Assembly (NCBI GenBank): GCA_964016885.1
Contig: OZ024742.1
Span: 94,860,001-94,924,000 of the forward strand
Reading direction: 5' to 3'
From: Eledone cirrhosa
Lineage: Eukaryota
Length of the DNA: 64,000 nucleotides
Both the position numbers and the translations under genes were made by a program. The notes beneath the pieces were generated by a model. The model ran no database searches, was not told the DNA's origin, and saw nothing but the letters and a program-made list of their open reading frames with translations. This document shows positions 37,296 through 49,097 of the stretch, piece by piece. Position 1 is the stretch's first letter; each line of letters starts with the position of its first letter.

Positions 37296-37571
37296 TACGG
37301 AACAGGTTTGATTTTGAAATTTAAATGTGTCTAAACATCACGGCCTCTTGGCAATACAGTTCGTCTCCGTTGATTTATTATTTTAAATCGATATGGACAA
37401 ACTGTAGTATAATAATTAGTATACTTCAATGTGGCTAAATTTTTCTTTTGCAATATATATACAGATGTGTTGGTATCTGTGTTTCATCACATACATATTA
37501 ATTTATACACTGCTCAGGGGGTATTTTTCCTCCTTCGAGCTGATTCCATTGTAAAAGAATTCATTACCTTA

Positions 37572-37622
<51 letters not shown>

Positions 37623-37713
37623 CGAAGGAAATGTGGTAAGGAACCAGAAGGACCATAACGCACCAAAGTACTCAATACTTAAGGTAGTAGAGTGGGTAAT
37701 AGGAACAAGTATG

Positions 37714-37808
37714 ACCCCGACGGCAGAGCTCAAGCCGTTTCGACGGCTAATTCTGGACTAAATATGAATTTTTAACCTGGTAAATAAATAGCCGAACTTC
37801 TCAGGGGT
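37714..37808 (-). ncRNA. pLTR hammerhead motif with variant core CUGAGAAG
   Basis: Minus strand ACCC-CTGAGAAG-TTCGGCTA...TAGCCGTC-GAAA-CGGC(TTGAGCTCT)GCCG-TC-GGGGT. Confidence 0.7.
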
Positions 37809-38789
37809 AATTCCTTATATGGGAAGATAGTAATTGTCAAAAGGATTGGTCAAAAATTTGTTGTAAAGACAGATGATTCTATCATGGCATTTGGTGGGAG
37901 GTAGGGGTAGCTGAACTTACCGGTAGAACAAAGAGGGAGTGGGGGAGACCCAGTCAAGCGTTGAAAGTGAAATCTATACAGCAGATTCTAAGGATAGTGT
38001 ATAGAAGGTCGAAAAAAGTGTACTGGAGAAGGGGAGTTGAAAGAATAGGTAACTCGAAAGGGAGTAAACAAAAAAAAAACATTATAAAAATAAGGAAATA
38101 AATATATAAAAAATAATTTCTGGTTACTACTCCACCCCCACAATCACCAAATCTTTCTTTGGTATTGCTAAGCTATAAAAAACTTTAATAGGTGGAGAAA
38201 AATACTAAATACGAGATTGTAGTGAAAGAATTGTATAAAGCCGGCTTTACAGGGGGTCTAACACCACTGCAATTGTTAGTTAGTAGTCAGCCAATATTAT
38301 CTTACAATGACAGGTTAATAAGTTGGGAACAGAAATACTAAAATACTACTACAAAAATACTAATACGAAGTATTAATTCAGAATACTAATACAGAAATAC
38401 TAATACAAGAATACTAATACAAAAATACAACTAAGAAATTTAGAAACCACAGAAATGGAGCAGCGACCAGAAAGAAAAGAATTTACTGGGGTCTAACACA
38501 TCTGCTATGAAAAGCGTAATCGGCCAATTCTATCTTAAAATTAGGGGGGGGGTACTGAGGCTACAGAGGACCGATGGGCTGCATCGGGGTAGGCGAAATG
38601 GTGAAAAAAAGAAGACAAGGAAGGAGATCTAGGGTGGAAGGACTAGGAAGAGATAGGGGGAAGAAGGAAATATAGAGGAAAAGATAAAAAAGTTACGTCT
38701 ACATTTGTAAGCAGGGGTTACCCCTTACAAAATCGGCAAGTGGGGTGTTTCAGCCCTTGTCTCCCCCCACCCCCTGGTCATTATGGGGT

Positions 38790-40885
38790 TTGAGGGTGAG
38801 GTAAGTCCTACGCAATCTGTGTTTGCATGCAGTTACCAGTTCGTCTTTAATGTTTAGGAGTTGGTCCTTCGAAAACAGCATTTGTAATGTATCCTCTGAG
38901 CATAAGTTACACGGACGGCGTCCTCCCGTGTAAGAGTTAGCTCTGGACAGTAAGCTCCAAGTGAGATTGTAGGTTATATTATGATCTTTGGGGTCCCAGA
39001 TATGGCCCGAAAGTGTAGTGGCATGACGCCGGCCGGGTTTCGGAGTGTATGTCAGTGTAGGTAGCGCCAGGTCTTGAAGTCACAAGCGGTTAATCCTATA
39101 TAAGTTTTGTTGGAGGTGTCCGTCCTCACGTTGCACTGGTTGATCACATTAAGATCTCGGCATCTGTTGTTGAGGGGGCAAAGGGATCTATCAGGACAGG
39201 TACAGCTCCTGGTCGGCTCTCCACTGATGTCTAGGTTATTTCTTCCATAGGGGTTGAGTTTTTTGTTGTTAGAGGAGACGATGATTTGTGCGAAGTTAGG
39301 CGTGGTGCTATAGGTGAGTTTGGTGGTGTTTTTGTTGATTATGTTGTGGTAGCGGTGTTGTAGTGGGAAGTGTTTGTCGATGAGCCTAAAGAGATTTTCC
39401 CGATAGGTGTTTTCACCTCGGCATTGTGGGTGGGGGGGATCGAACCACGTTACGTTGCGTGAGCGGCGGTGTCGCCTGCTGGTTCCGCTAATGGAAGCTG
39501 GATAATAGGATATTTCATCCCGGATGCCACTCCGCTTGAGGGCCTGGTTGTAATAAGGCGCATGTTCGTCGAATATCTGCTCATTAGCGGACAAACGAGA
39601 TATGCGGAGGGAGATGTTTTTAACCAGGTTATTGGTTATGTTTCTAGGATATTCGACCGGCGGTGGATGTAATGCAGGTTGTCGTTTGGTTTCCTGTATG
39701 GGTAGTACAGATCATTATCGAGGTTAAAGGTAACGTTCAGGAAGTTTACTCGGGTTAGGGACGTTTGTAGGGTTATTTTAAATCCCCATTCGCGGAAGAA
39801 GCTGTCCTACTAGGGTTGTACCCTTTGAGGGTAAGAAGCCCATCATTACGGTACAATCCACCGCCGAATGCAGGAAACATTTCGGTGAGTTTAAATAGTA
39901 GGAATAATCCTATAAGATTTGTGACCTCAGCCGAATCCGTCGCGCCCATAATGACGTCGAAGGGGGGAGTCAGGGGCTCTCTTTATCCATTTGGAGTTGT
40001 CGAAAAGTAGGACTGTCTTCCTGGCGTGGAGGGTGATATTTATTTCCTGGTCGGTGACGGGCGTGAGTGTTTCGGCAAAGTCCAAGGCGGCCGTAAGGAG
40101 CGGTAAGGTAATTGATGCATAGTAACTCTCTATGTCAAACCGGATGAATTTTGTGTCTTGTTTGTCCTCCATATTTCTGAACCATGAGATTACTTCCTAG
40201 GTGTTGACCCATAGGCTAAGTCTCGCATTTTGCTTAACTTTTGGTATAACCCGGTCTAGGTTTTTTTTTACTGATTCTCCCTATGTCGGACTTCGTTGGG
40301 TTTATAAGCCTGATGGATGGTTTATGGTCGAAGTCGGATTTGTGGTCCTTCAGTGTGAAGTAGGGAGTCCGTGGGTCTAGGGGTTGAGTATGGTCGGCGA
40401 CTCCGATGCTGGAAATAATTTGTTGTCCATCTCGATTTATGTCCTCGATACTTGAATGGTTAGCCTTTTTATAGGTGGTGTTTAGGCTGCTCCTGTTCAG
40501 TGTGTGGTATCTGTCGGGGTTGACGAATTAGAGGTTTTCAGTTTTGTCCGAGTGCACCATGATGTCGTTGGTGTTTTCATATTCTGTTAATTTGCTACGG
40601 AGTTTTTGTAGGAATCTGTTGTGTCTGGGTTTGAATTTAATGCTGTTGACCAGTTGGAAAAGGTTATTTTCGAAGGGTGAGAGCATAAGGTTCGGAGGGG
40701 GAGATTTGTATGTATTAAATCCGAATTTCTCCTTGATATCGAAGTCCTGATTGTCGCAATATCTGTCGTAGAAAAGAGGTCTCCATCTTAGTCTTTTCGC
40801 AAAGAGGTCGATTTTTTGCGTGAGCATCCGAAGGTAAAATGTTCTCGGTGGAACTTGGATGTTCTTGGATGTTGTGTTTTCGCAT
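38790..40885 (-). pseudogene. Penelope RT + GIY-YIG endonuclease, frameshifted
   Basis: KRLRWR N-terminus, FDIESYY, FDVIMGATDSAEV, GLYRNDG (mutated YRDD), CTCPDRSLCPLNNRC, NVINQC...TYIGLT, terminal CKH. Confidence 0.92.
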
Positions 40886-41070
40886 GGTGCGGGTGAAAAA
40901 ACTTGAGCTTGGCGGAAAAGTCTGGATAAGGCGTGGTAGGATCGGAAAGTGCTCTACTACGGAGATAGGAGCTAAATAACGAAGGAAATGTGGTAAGGAA
41001 CCAGAAGGACTATAACGCACCAAAGTAATCAATACTTAGGATAATAGAGTGGGTAATAGGAACAAGTATG

Positions 41071-41166
41071 GCCTCGACGGCAGAACTCAAGCCGTTTCGA
41101 CGGCTAATTCTGGACTAAATATGAATTTTTAGCCTGGTAAATAAATAGCCGAACTTCTCAGGGGGT
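41071..41166 (-). ncRNA. pLTR hammerhead motif (5' direct copy)
   Basis: Same architecture as 37714-37808 with stem I substitutions. Confidence 0.65.
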
Positions 41167-41539
41167 AATTCCTTATATGGGATACCAATGAGATATTTGG
41201 TGATTGTGGGGGTGGAGTAGTAACCAGAAATTGTTTTTTATATATTTATTTCCTTATTTTTATAATGTTTTTTTTTTGTTTACTCCCTTTCGAGTTACCT
41301 ATTCTTTCAACCCCCCTTCTCCAGTACACTTTTTTCGACCTGCTATACACTATCCTTAGAATCTGCTGCAGAGATTTCACTTTCAACGCTTGACTGGGTC
41401 TCCCCCACTCCCTCTTTGTTCTACCGGTAAGTTCAGCTACCCCTACCTCCCACCAAATGCCATTGATAGAATCATCTGTCTTTACAACAAATTTTTTACC
41501 AATCCTTTTGACAATTACTATCTTCCCATATAAGGAATT

Positions 41540-41635
41540 ACCCCCTGAGAAGTTCGGCTATTTATTTACCAGGCTAAAAATTCATATTTAGTCCAGAATT
41601 AGCCATCGAAACAGCTTGAGCTCTGCCGTCGGGGT
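41540..41635 (+). ncRNA. pLTR hammerhead motif (inverted copy)
   Basis: ACCCC-CTGAGAAG...GAAA-CAGC...GCCG-TC-GGGGT; two CpG-type transitions. Confidence 0.65.
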
Positions 41636-41767
41636 CATACTTGTTCCTATATATATATATTTGTAAATGTAGATGTCTATATGTTTCTATCCATGCATAC
41701 ATAACTATCCCTGCCTATAAATGCCTATACATTCATAGATTTGTAATTATGTCTCTATAAACATAAT

Positions 41768-41834
<67 letters not shown>

Positions 41835-42031
41835 TCATACATTTGGTGTATTGGTATGTAAAGTTTAGTTACTATTGGTTCACCAGTTTTAGTACTCAAT
41901 ACAAATATTTGGGTGTGGCCGCCAATGTTTGATTCTATGTATGGTATTTCACCATAGGCCGTATCTTTAAGAAGCAATGTGTTAATAATGATAATAACAA
42001 TGATAATAATAAGGATCAGTAACAAATTATC

Positions 42032-42124
42032 CACAAGTCTGATGAACTATCGATTTCAGAGCCGGGCACGATCACTAACGATTGTATCTTGAGCTGATCA
42101 ATCGTGAAATGCATGTCACGTGTG
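42032..42124 (+). ncRNA. Type-I minimal hammerhead ribozyme motif
   Basis: CACAAGT-CTGATGA-ACTATCGA..TCAG...CTGATCAATCGT-GAAA-T(GCAT)G-TC-ACGTGTG followed directly by AATAAA. Confidence 0.75.
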
Positions 42125-42369
42125 AATAAAGATAATGATGTTATATTGATATTTCGTTCCTGCTCCACAATATTATTATTATTAATAATATATATACATA
42201 TATGTGCACACGCGTGTGTGTGTATGTGTGCGTGTTTGTGCATATACACATATACATATATATCCTGCAATCCCAGTGTGGGTTTCATGCTGAGAGGGGG
42301 ACTGTTGACATTGTTTCACAGCTCACCAAGTCCAAGAAAAATATCTTAATGAAAGCCTAAACCTTATTC

Positions 42370-42940
42370 AGGTATTCATAAGGTATTTCATACCCTGAAT
42401 CGGGATGCTTTAAGTGTTATTCTTGGAAAATTAGGTTGTCCTCTACCTTTTGTTGAAAAGTACCAGCAGTTTCATTATAGTATGAAAGCAATGCTTAATG
42501 TGAATGGTTGTCCTTCTAATCCAGAAAACGTAGACAATGGTGGGAAGTAGGGAGATGTTGTGGCACCAACCTTGTCTTTGTTTTACTTTTCAGTCGCTCT
42601 GGTCATGGTCTTTGAAAAATTGACGTTGGAAATTGTATCAGGTACAGAACTATTAGGAAGCTATTTGATTTGTGCCGTCTTTCTGCCAAGAGTAAAACTT
42701 TTGTATTAATGGATTGCAATCTCTCCTACACTGACAAATGTGACCTTTTGAAATATTTGAAAGAAGATATTCAAGTTTTAATGGATAGTCTTTGTGAAGC
42801 ATTCGAGGATTTCGTTCTAAAAATTTGCTTCAACAAGACAAAAGTTATGCTCACTTCGGCACCTGGTAAGAGTTCGTCTGATCGTTGTCAATATCTTTGT
42901 TTATCTAGGGAGTACAATTTCGAGAGCTGTGTCACTACAT
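42370..42940 (+). pseudogene. Decayed RTE (BovB-like) RT fragment
   Basis: Manual translation KVFHTLNRDALSVILGKLGCP...DNGGK*GDVVAPTL...KLFDLCRLSAK...NKTKVM. Confidence 0.75.
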
Positions 42941-43909
42941 GAAGAGGTGAATTTGTGTATCAGGAAATAATGATCCACATATTGTAGGTTGCAGGAGAGA
43001 GTGTGATCGCTGCATGACGTACAGTTATCAATAAAAATAGTTGTGTTTAATGCTTGTGCTCTCACTACACTTTTGAATGTGACAAAAATTGCCTATCCCA
43101 CAGAGTAAAGTAGCCATATAGGTGACATGACAAAAAGCGCCCAACCCACACTGTAAAGAGGTCATATAGGTGTCATGTCAAAAAGCATCCATCACACACT
43201 GTAAATATGATTGGCGTTAGGAAAGAATACTGATGAAGTATTGGGTTGCTTCAAAAACTTCAAAATAAAAATAGATTAAACTTTACATAATTCTATATCG
43301 ATAGTTATTACTCTTTTATCTCCCTCAACCACATAAACAGGACCTTCATTATGGCCAACAAACTAGGACAGAAATTGATATAATACTAACAGCTAGAAAG
43401 ACCATAGTTGAGTTTGATGTTTGTTTTTGGACCCGAAAATACACCCTACTAATTTTGACATTACAATGGGTTCAAGTGATTCTGCTCATCACTGGTTTAG
43501 TTGGTATTTTCTTACTAAATAAACTAAAAGGGATTTTTCCATCCTTCGAAATGTGTCTATATCGTGATGATGCTCTCTTCACTATCAATAGAAATAGTAG
43601 AAACCTTGAGCTAAATAAAAAGTTTGCATAGATTATTTAAGGAATATAACCTAACAAAACTATAAACAGTAATAATGAAGTTGTGAACTTTCTTGGCGTA
43701 AATTTAAACCTGGGGTTTGGTTTGTACATAAAACAGGCAAACATTTATTCTGCATTAATTATCAATCTACACATCGAAGATCTACACTAAAATATATTGT
43801 TAATAATGTATCTAACCGCATATCTAGGCTTTCCTCTAACAAAGCTAGCTTTGGCCAGAATGCTCAATATTACAACAAAACACTACAAATATCTGGTTAT
43901 AACAATAGA

Positions 43910-45405
43910 TATCGCCAGGGAGTTTGCAAAAATTATAACAATATCTCGCATAATATGACTCGGTTTAGACTCAATTTGAACAATAGAAAGTTTCTTAAGC
44001 CGAACAATTGTTCGCTTCTCTATGAGAGAATGTCAAAAATTAGTAATTCGGGTGATTATCACAAACCCAGAGAAAATAGAAGTAATATAAAACACACACA
44101 AATTATGGGGACAAAAAGCGTATAGGGTATAATTACAGTAACAGAGCATACGGTAACTATGTGAAATAGGCGTGTAAGTAACAATTACGGTAACAGAGCT
44201 AATGCCCACAGTAATAACCTTAACAATGTACACATCCGAAATCGGTCTGATTTAAATCATAAATCTTAGGTATTTGTAGATAATCTATATATTAATTTCA
44301 ACAACGTCAGTATTCGGTGTGTCATAATTCTCGATTATCATTGGTTCATACGTTTCAAACGACTCTGCCCACCTAAACGACGCCAAACTTAAATTAATAC
44401 GCATAATATAATGAGGGACGGAGGGGGGAGAGTAAGAAACAGAGAGGCAAAGTAAACGCTGTAACTATTACCATGTGTGCGTGTGTATGCACGTGCGCGT
44501 ATGTTTATGTGTGTGCGCGTGCGTGCAGCGTTTCACAGAAAGTAAAAACTACCAACATGTGTGAGTGTGTAAGTGTGTGTAAGTGCACTGGTGCGTGTGT
44601 AAGTGCACTGGTGCGTGTGTAAGTTTGCGTGCGTGTGAGCGTTTCCATGCGTGTATGTGTGTGTACGTGGGGCGTTCCACAATCGCCACGCAGTTTATCT
44701 GTCTGTCAGTCTAACATACACAGAGTTGTGAAGGGACCTTTTATTACATTGACGGACATCTTTTATATTTATTATTGTGTCATTTTTTGACAATTGCTCG
44801 AAATGAATACTGATAATAAAAGCAATTCTACTTTATCAAACAGTGAACTACAGCGGCGACAGCGTGCAGCCAGGAATGAAGAAAAACGGGACGAACAGCG
44901 CCATCGGAACGCCGAACTTCAGAGGCGAAGACGTACCGCCATGAATGAAGAGGAGCTGGCTGAACAACGCCCACGAAACACAGGAGCCAAGCAGCGACGG
45001 CGTGCTGCGATGGTGAAGACGAACTGGCTGAGCATCATCTTTTATATTAATTATCTATATCTATATATAATATAAAAGATTGGAACTATTGGAACTTCCA
45101 TCATCCTTTTGAACAACCACGTCTATGCAATGATACACGTTTTACAGTCAGGCAGAAGATGAACCATGTCCTAGATGTCATTATTCTAGGTGGGAGCACC
45201 TAGAATTGTTCATATACTATGCACAAACGGTACAACGAAGAATCTGGTATATCTGGAAGATTTTGTTTTACTGTTTTCTGTACACACAGACACACGGACT
45301 CGCCTCATACTGTAACTAGACAAACATCCAATACAGTCATTTTCTCTTTTACCTGTCTTCTCTTATCATCTGTTTACCCGGGCGAAGCTGGGTACGTCAG
45401 CTAGT
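43910..45405 (+). mobile_element. Helitron-derived insertion (RepHel N-terminal STPR-like repeats + nested mini-Helitron)
   Basis: ORF 44794-45075 has 23-aa repeats (RAARNEEKRDEQRHRNAELQRRR / RTAMNEEELAEQRPRNTGAKQRR); flanked by AATAGA. Confidence 0.7.
45054..45404 (+). mobile_element. Non-autonomous Helitron
   Basis: A|TCTATATCTATATATAATATAAAAG 5' end; subterminal hairpin TACCCGGGCGAAGCTGGGTA (45375-45394); CTAG|T 3' end. Confidence 0.85.
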
Positions 45406-46525
45406 AATAGACTTAAGCATAACACTTTTAATAATAACCAACTTTGACTTTAACCAGGTTACACACCATCAGCAACAGTATATCAACTCGTAGGAAACTC
45501 ACTACATGGTTTGACTCATAATTTAGTAAACACGTAGCCTCTAATATACCTAAACTATTTTTAATATCCTAGCGAAAATCTTCCCTCTGACCCACCGTTA
45601 TTATACAATACTTAATAAGGATAGCGTTAAAATATATTACACTTTTACTCCTAATCTAGCCAACTATTTAATGTATATCAATGACATGATATACAAATAA
45701 GAAAATATAATACTTAGTCAAAAGATAGTAATAATTTAGGTAATATAGAAGTAGGAAGTAACCCCAACAACAATAATCGTAACTTCCAAACAACCTTCCA
45801 TCTTTATGATTCTAACCTTAATAATATCCAAATAACCAACAGAAACTGTAACTGTAGAAACTCTTCTACATGCTCACTTAACGGTAATTGTCTAACTGAA
45901 AATATAGTTTAACGATGCTCTATATTCATGCATACTAATAACAAGGTGTATATAGGGGCTACCTCAAATAGCTTTAAATCTATATGTTATATGCATTGTC
46001 ACTCTTTTAGGAAAAACACATGAGTAGCGCAACCGCATTAGCCCAGGATATATGGGACTTGAAAGAGGCCATTACAGAATACTCGATTTATTTTAAAATT
46101 CTAAAAAAAGCCCAGTCATACCAGCCTGGAAACGAAAGGTGGAATTTGTATCTCACGGAATGGCTCTCTATATAAAGTCCCAACTCGTTATTCTAAACAG
46201 AAAATCCAATATTCTTTCTACATGCCCACATAAAAGTTCCCAATCTTTCTACTATAGCAAACTTTGATATTGGTAACCACATAATAATTTAGCATACTCG
46301 TAATAGAATGTCCTCACTAGTTTTAAACTATATATCTTCCCATGTGAGTTAAATAAATTTTAACTCATGCACTCTACTATTTTAATTATTATCATAACAA
46401 ATGCTTTTTCGTGAGTGAATAATAATATTATTAATATTCGATTCGTTTGCACGCAAACAGCCTCATAGCGCCATGTGTTCTAGCCAACTAATGTAATCCT
46501 TTTGTCCCAGCAGTAGCAGAAAGAA

Positions 46526-46570
46526 ACAATCTACAATTGTTTAGGGGTCATTGCCCCTTATCAAGATGGT
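46526..46570 (-). ncRNA. Degenerate hammerhead motif
   Basis: Minus strand ACCATC-TTGATAA-GGGG(CAATGA)CCCC-TAAAC-AATT-GTA-GATTGT; three core substitutions; flank resembles the 48300-48460 family. Confidence 0.5.
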
Positions 46571-47004
46571 GTATCTCTCCCTTTTCTAATTTTTTTCATG
46601 TAGAAACGAATGTAGAAATTAAAAAAATGTATTTAATTGGATAAATTTAGTTTTCTTCACTTATATATAAATATAAATATATAGGCAGCAAATTGTCAGA
46701 GTCGTTAGAACATTTTATAGAATGTTTTGCAGTAGTCGTTCTGGTTAATCTCTGAATTTAAATCCTGCAGAGGTCAACTTTGTTTTTCATCCATTTGAGA
46801 TTGATAAAAAGTACCAGTCTACTACTGGCGTCGATTGTACCTCTAACATTCTTACTCCCATTTTCGCACTCTCTATTCGTCTCTGAAAGAAATTGGCTGT
46901 ACTTAGGCCTGGTGATGGGTTCCACTACGTTTTAAAATATCCTAGAAATGCCATATGCCAATATGGCATACCCACAACTCCTTTAGGAGATATGGGACCT
47001 TGCT

Positions 47005-47006
<2 letters not shown>

Positions 47007-47038
<32 letters not shown>

Positions 47039-47083
47039 TATATATATATATATAGATAGATAGATAGATAGATATATATATAT

Positions 47084-47114
<31 letters not shown>

Positions 47115-47213
47115 TATATATATATAGATATATATATATATAGATATATATATATAGATATATATATATAGATATATATATATAGATATATATATATAGA
47201 TATATATATATAG

Positions 47214-47244
<31 letters not shown>

Positions 47245-47635
47245 GATATATATATATATATATATATAGATATATATATATATATATATAGATATATATA
47301 TATATATATATAGATATATATATATATATAGATATATATATATATAGATATATATATATATATATAGATATATATATAGAGAGATATATATATATAGATA
47401 TATATATAGATATATATAGATATATATAGATATATATATAGATATAGATATATATATAGATAGATATATATATAGATAGATATATATATAGATAGATATA
47501 TAGATATATATATATAGATAGATATATATAGATATATATATAGATATATATATATATAGATATATAGATATAGATATATATATATAGATATATATAGATA
47601 TATATATAGATATATATAGATAGATATATATAGAT

Positions 47636-47676
<41 letters not shown>

Positions 47677-48146
47677 TATATATATAGATATATATAGATA
47701 TATATATATATATAGATATATATATATATAGATATATATATAGATATATATATAGATATATATATAGATATAGATATAGATATATATATAGATATATATA
47801 TATATATATATATATATAGATATATATATATATAGATATATATATAGATATATATATAGATATATATATATATAGATATATATATAGATATATATATAGA
47901 TAGATATATATAGATAGATATATATATATAGATATATATATAGATATATATATATAGATATATATATAGATATATATATATAGATATATATATATAGATA
48001 TATAGATATAGATATATATATACATATATATAGATATAGGAACCAGTAAGACCTCGACGGCTGAGCTCAAGCCGTTTCGACAGCTAATTCTGGACTATAT
48101 ATATATATAGATATATATATATAGAGAGATATTTATATATATATAT

Positions 48147-48192
<46 letters not shown>

Positions 48193-48220
48193 ATAGATAT
48201 ATATATATATATATATATAT

Positions 48221-48252
<32 letters not shown>
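47007..48252. repeat. ~1.25-kb (TA)n/(TAGA)n microsatellite
   Basis: Direct reading. Confidence 0.97.
48037..48097 (-). mobile_element. ~60-bp Penelope pLTR fragment inside (TA)n
   Basis: TAGGAACCAGTAAGACCTCGACGGCTGAGCTCAAGCCGTTTCGACAGCTAATTCTGGACT matches ~37700-37760. Confidence 0.85.
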
Positions 48253-48261
<9 letters not shown>

Positions 48262-48263
48262 TT

Positions 48264-48690
48264 TTTTCGCTCAATATGGCTGAATACAATAAATGTAATC
48301 TGAGTTTTTCGAATATTAATAATATTCGATTCGTTTGCAATTATGCAAACAAGCCACAATTTTATAGCCATGTCAGTAGAATGAACCCTTCATTCTTGCT
48401 CTTGTGTTGGCATGTGAACAGAACTGCAGACACTGTTTTTGGGTATCACCCTTCATCAGTACAACTGACTGTTCACCTGCCAAACTGTCAGAGCTAGTGA
48501 AAATATATGCTATTTTCAAAAATACACAGTGACTGATTGGCCTGATTTGCATATTAACAGACTGGCTTATCAGTCAGATCTTCAAATTAATATTCCACTG
48601 ATCAGCCAGATTTGCATATCAGCAGACTGGCCAGTTAGTTTCCTGTATACGAGCGATAAATGGTCGGCTTTGCCAAATTCAAATAAAAAT
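48264..48690 (-). mobile_element. Second copy of the ~440-bp octamer/hammerhead element (motif at ~48421-48463)
   Basis: Reverse-complement homology to ~4025-4452; CTGATGA intact, GAAAC mutated to AAAAC. Confidence 0.8.
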
Positions 48691-49097
48691 TAAATATATA
48701 TATATATAATTTAAATTTAAGAATGAATTCCATATATAGGAATACATCAAACAATACACAGGAGATGATTTGCAGATATCATATCAACTAGAAATGAGCA
48801 GTAGAATTAACACAAAATAATAATAACCAAACAGTACATAGCTAACACCGAATAATTATTTTATTCTCTCGTACATAATTCGTTATTGGCAATAGAACTA
48901 TGTTTCGCCTTCAAATAGTGAAGTTCAAAATGGTAAACTAGGATCATCAGTGAGAGACTGCTTAATCCATATAAATTCACAATTCTAAGCAAATCTGGCT
49001 AAAATGTACATGGACTTAAGGAATAAAACTGTGCTTCAGTTTTGCTATGTGACATGATAGCTAGAAATAGCAGCCCAAAACTATTCAACAATAAATG

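Larger units (their letters stand above)
37621..41650 (-). mobile_element. Penelope-like retroelement with direct and inverted pLTRs, inserted in (TA)n
   Basis: pLTR 37621-38165; direct partial copy 40978-41181; inverted copy 41182-41650; decayed RT+GIY-YIG ORF between. Confidence 0.93.
43270..46270 (+). mobile_element. Decayed Penelope-like element interrupted by a Helitron-derived insertion
   Basis: FDITMGSSDSA, LYRDDAL, ISRLSSN, ISGY before the insertion; TWFDS, FPLTHRYY, CNCRNSSTCSLNGNCL, VYIGAT after it. Confidence 0.85.

Noticed and set aside
48885-48955. Minus-strand CTGATGA-TCCT...AGGC-GAAAC
   Set aside because: Core halves present but no convincing stem I; at best a relic
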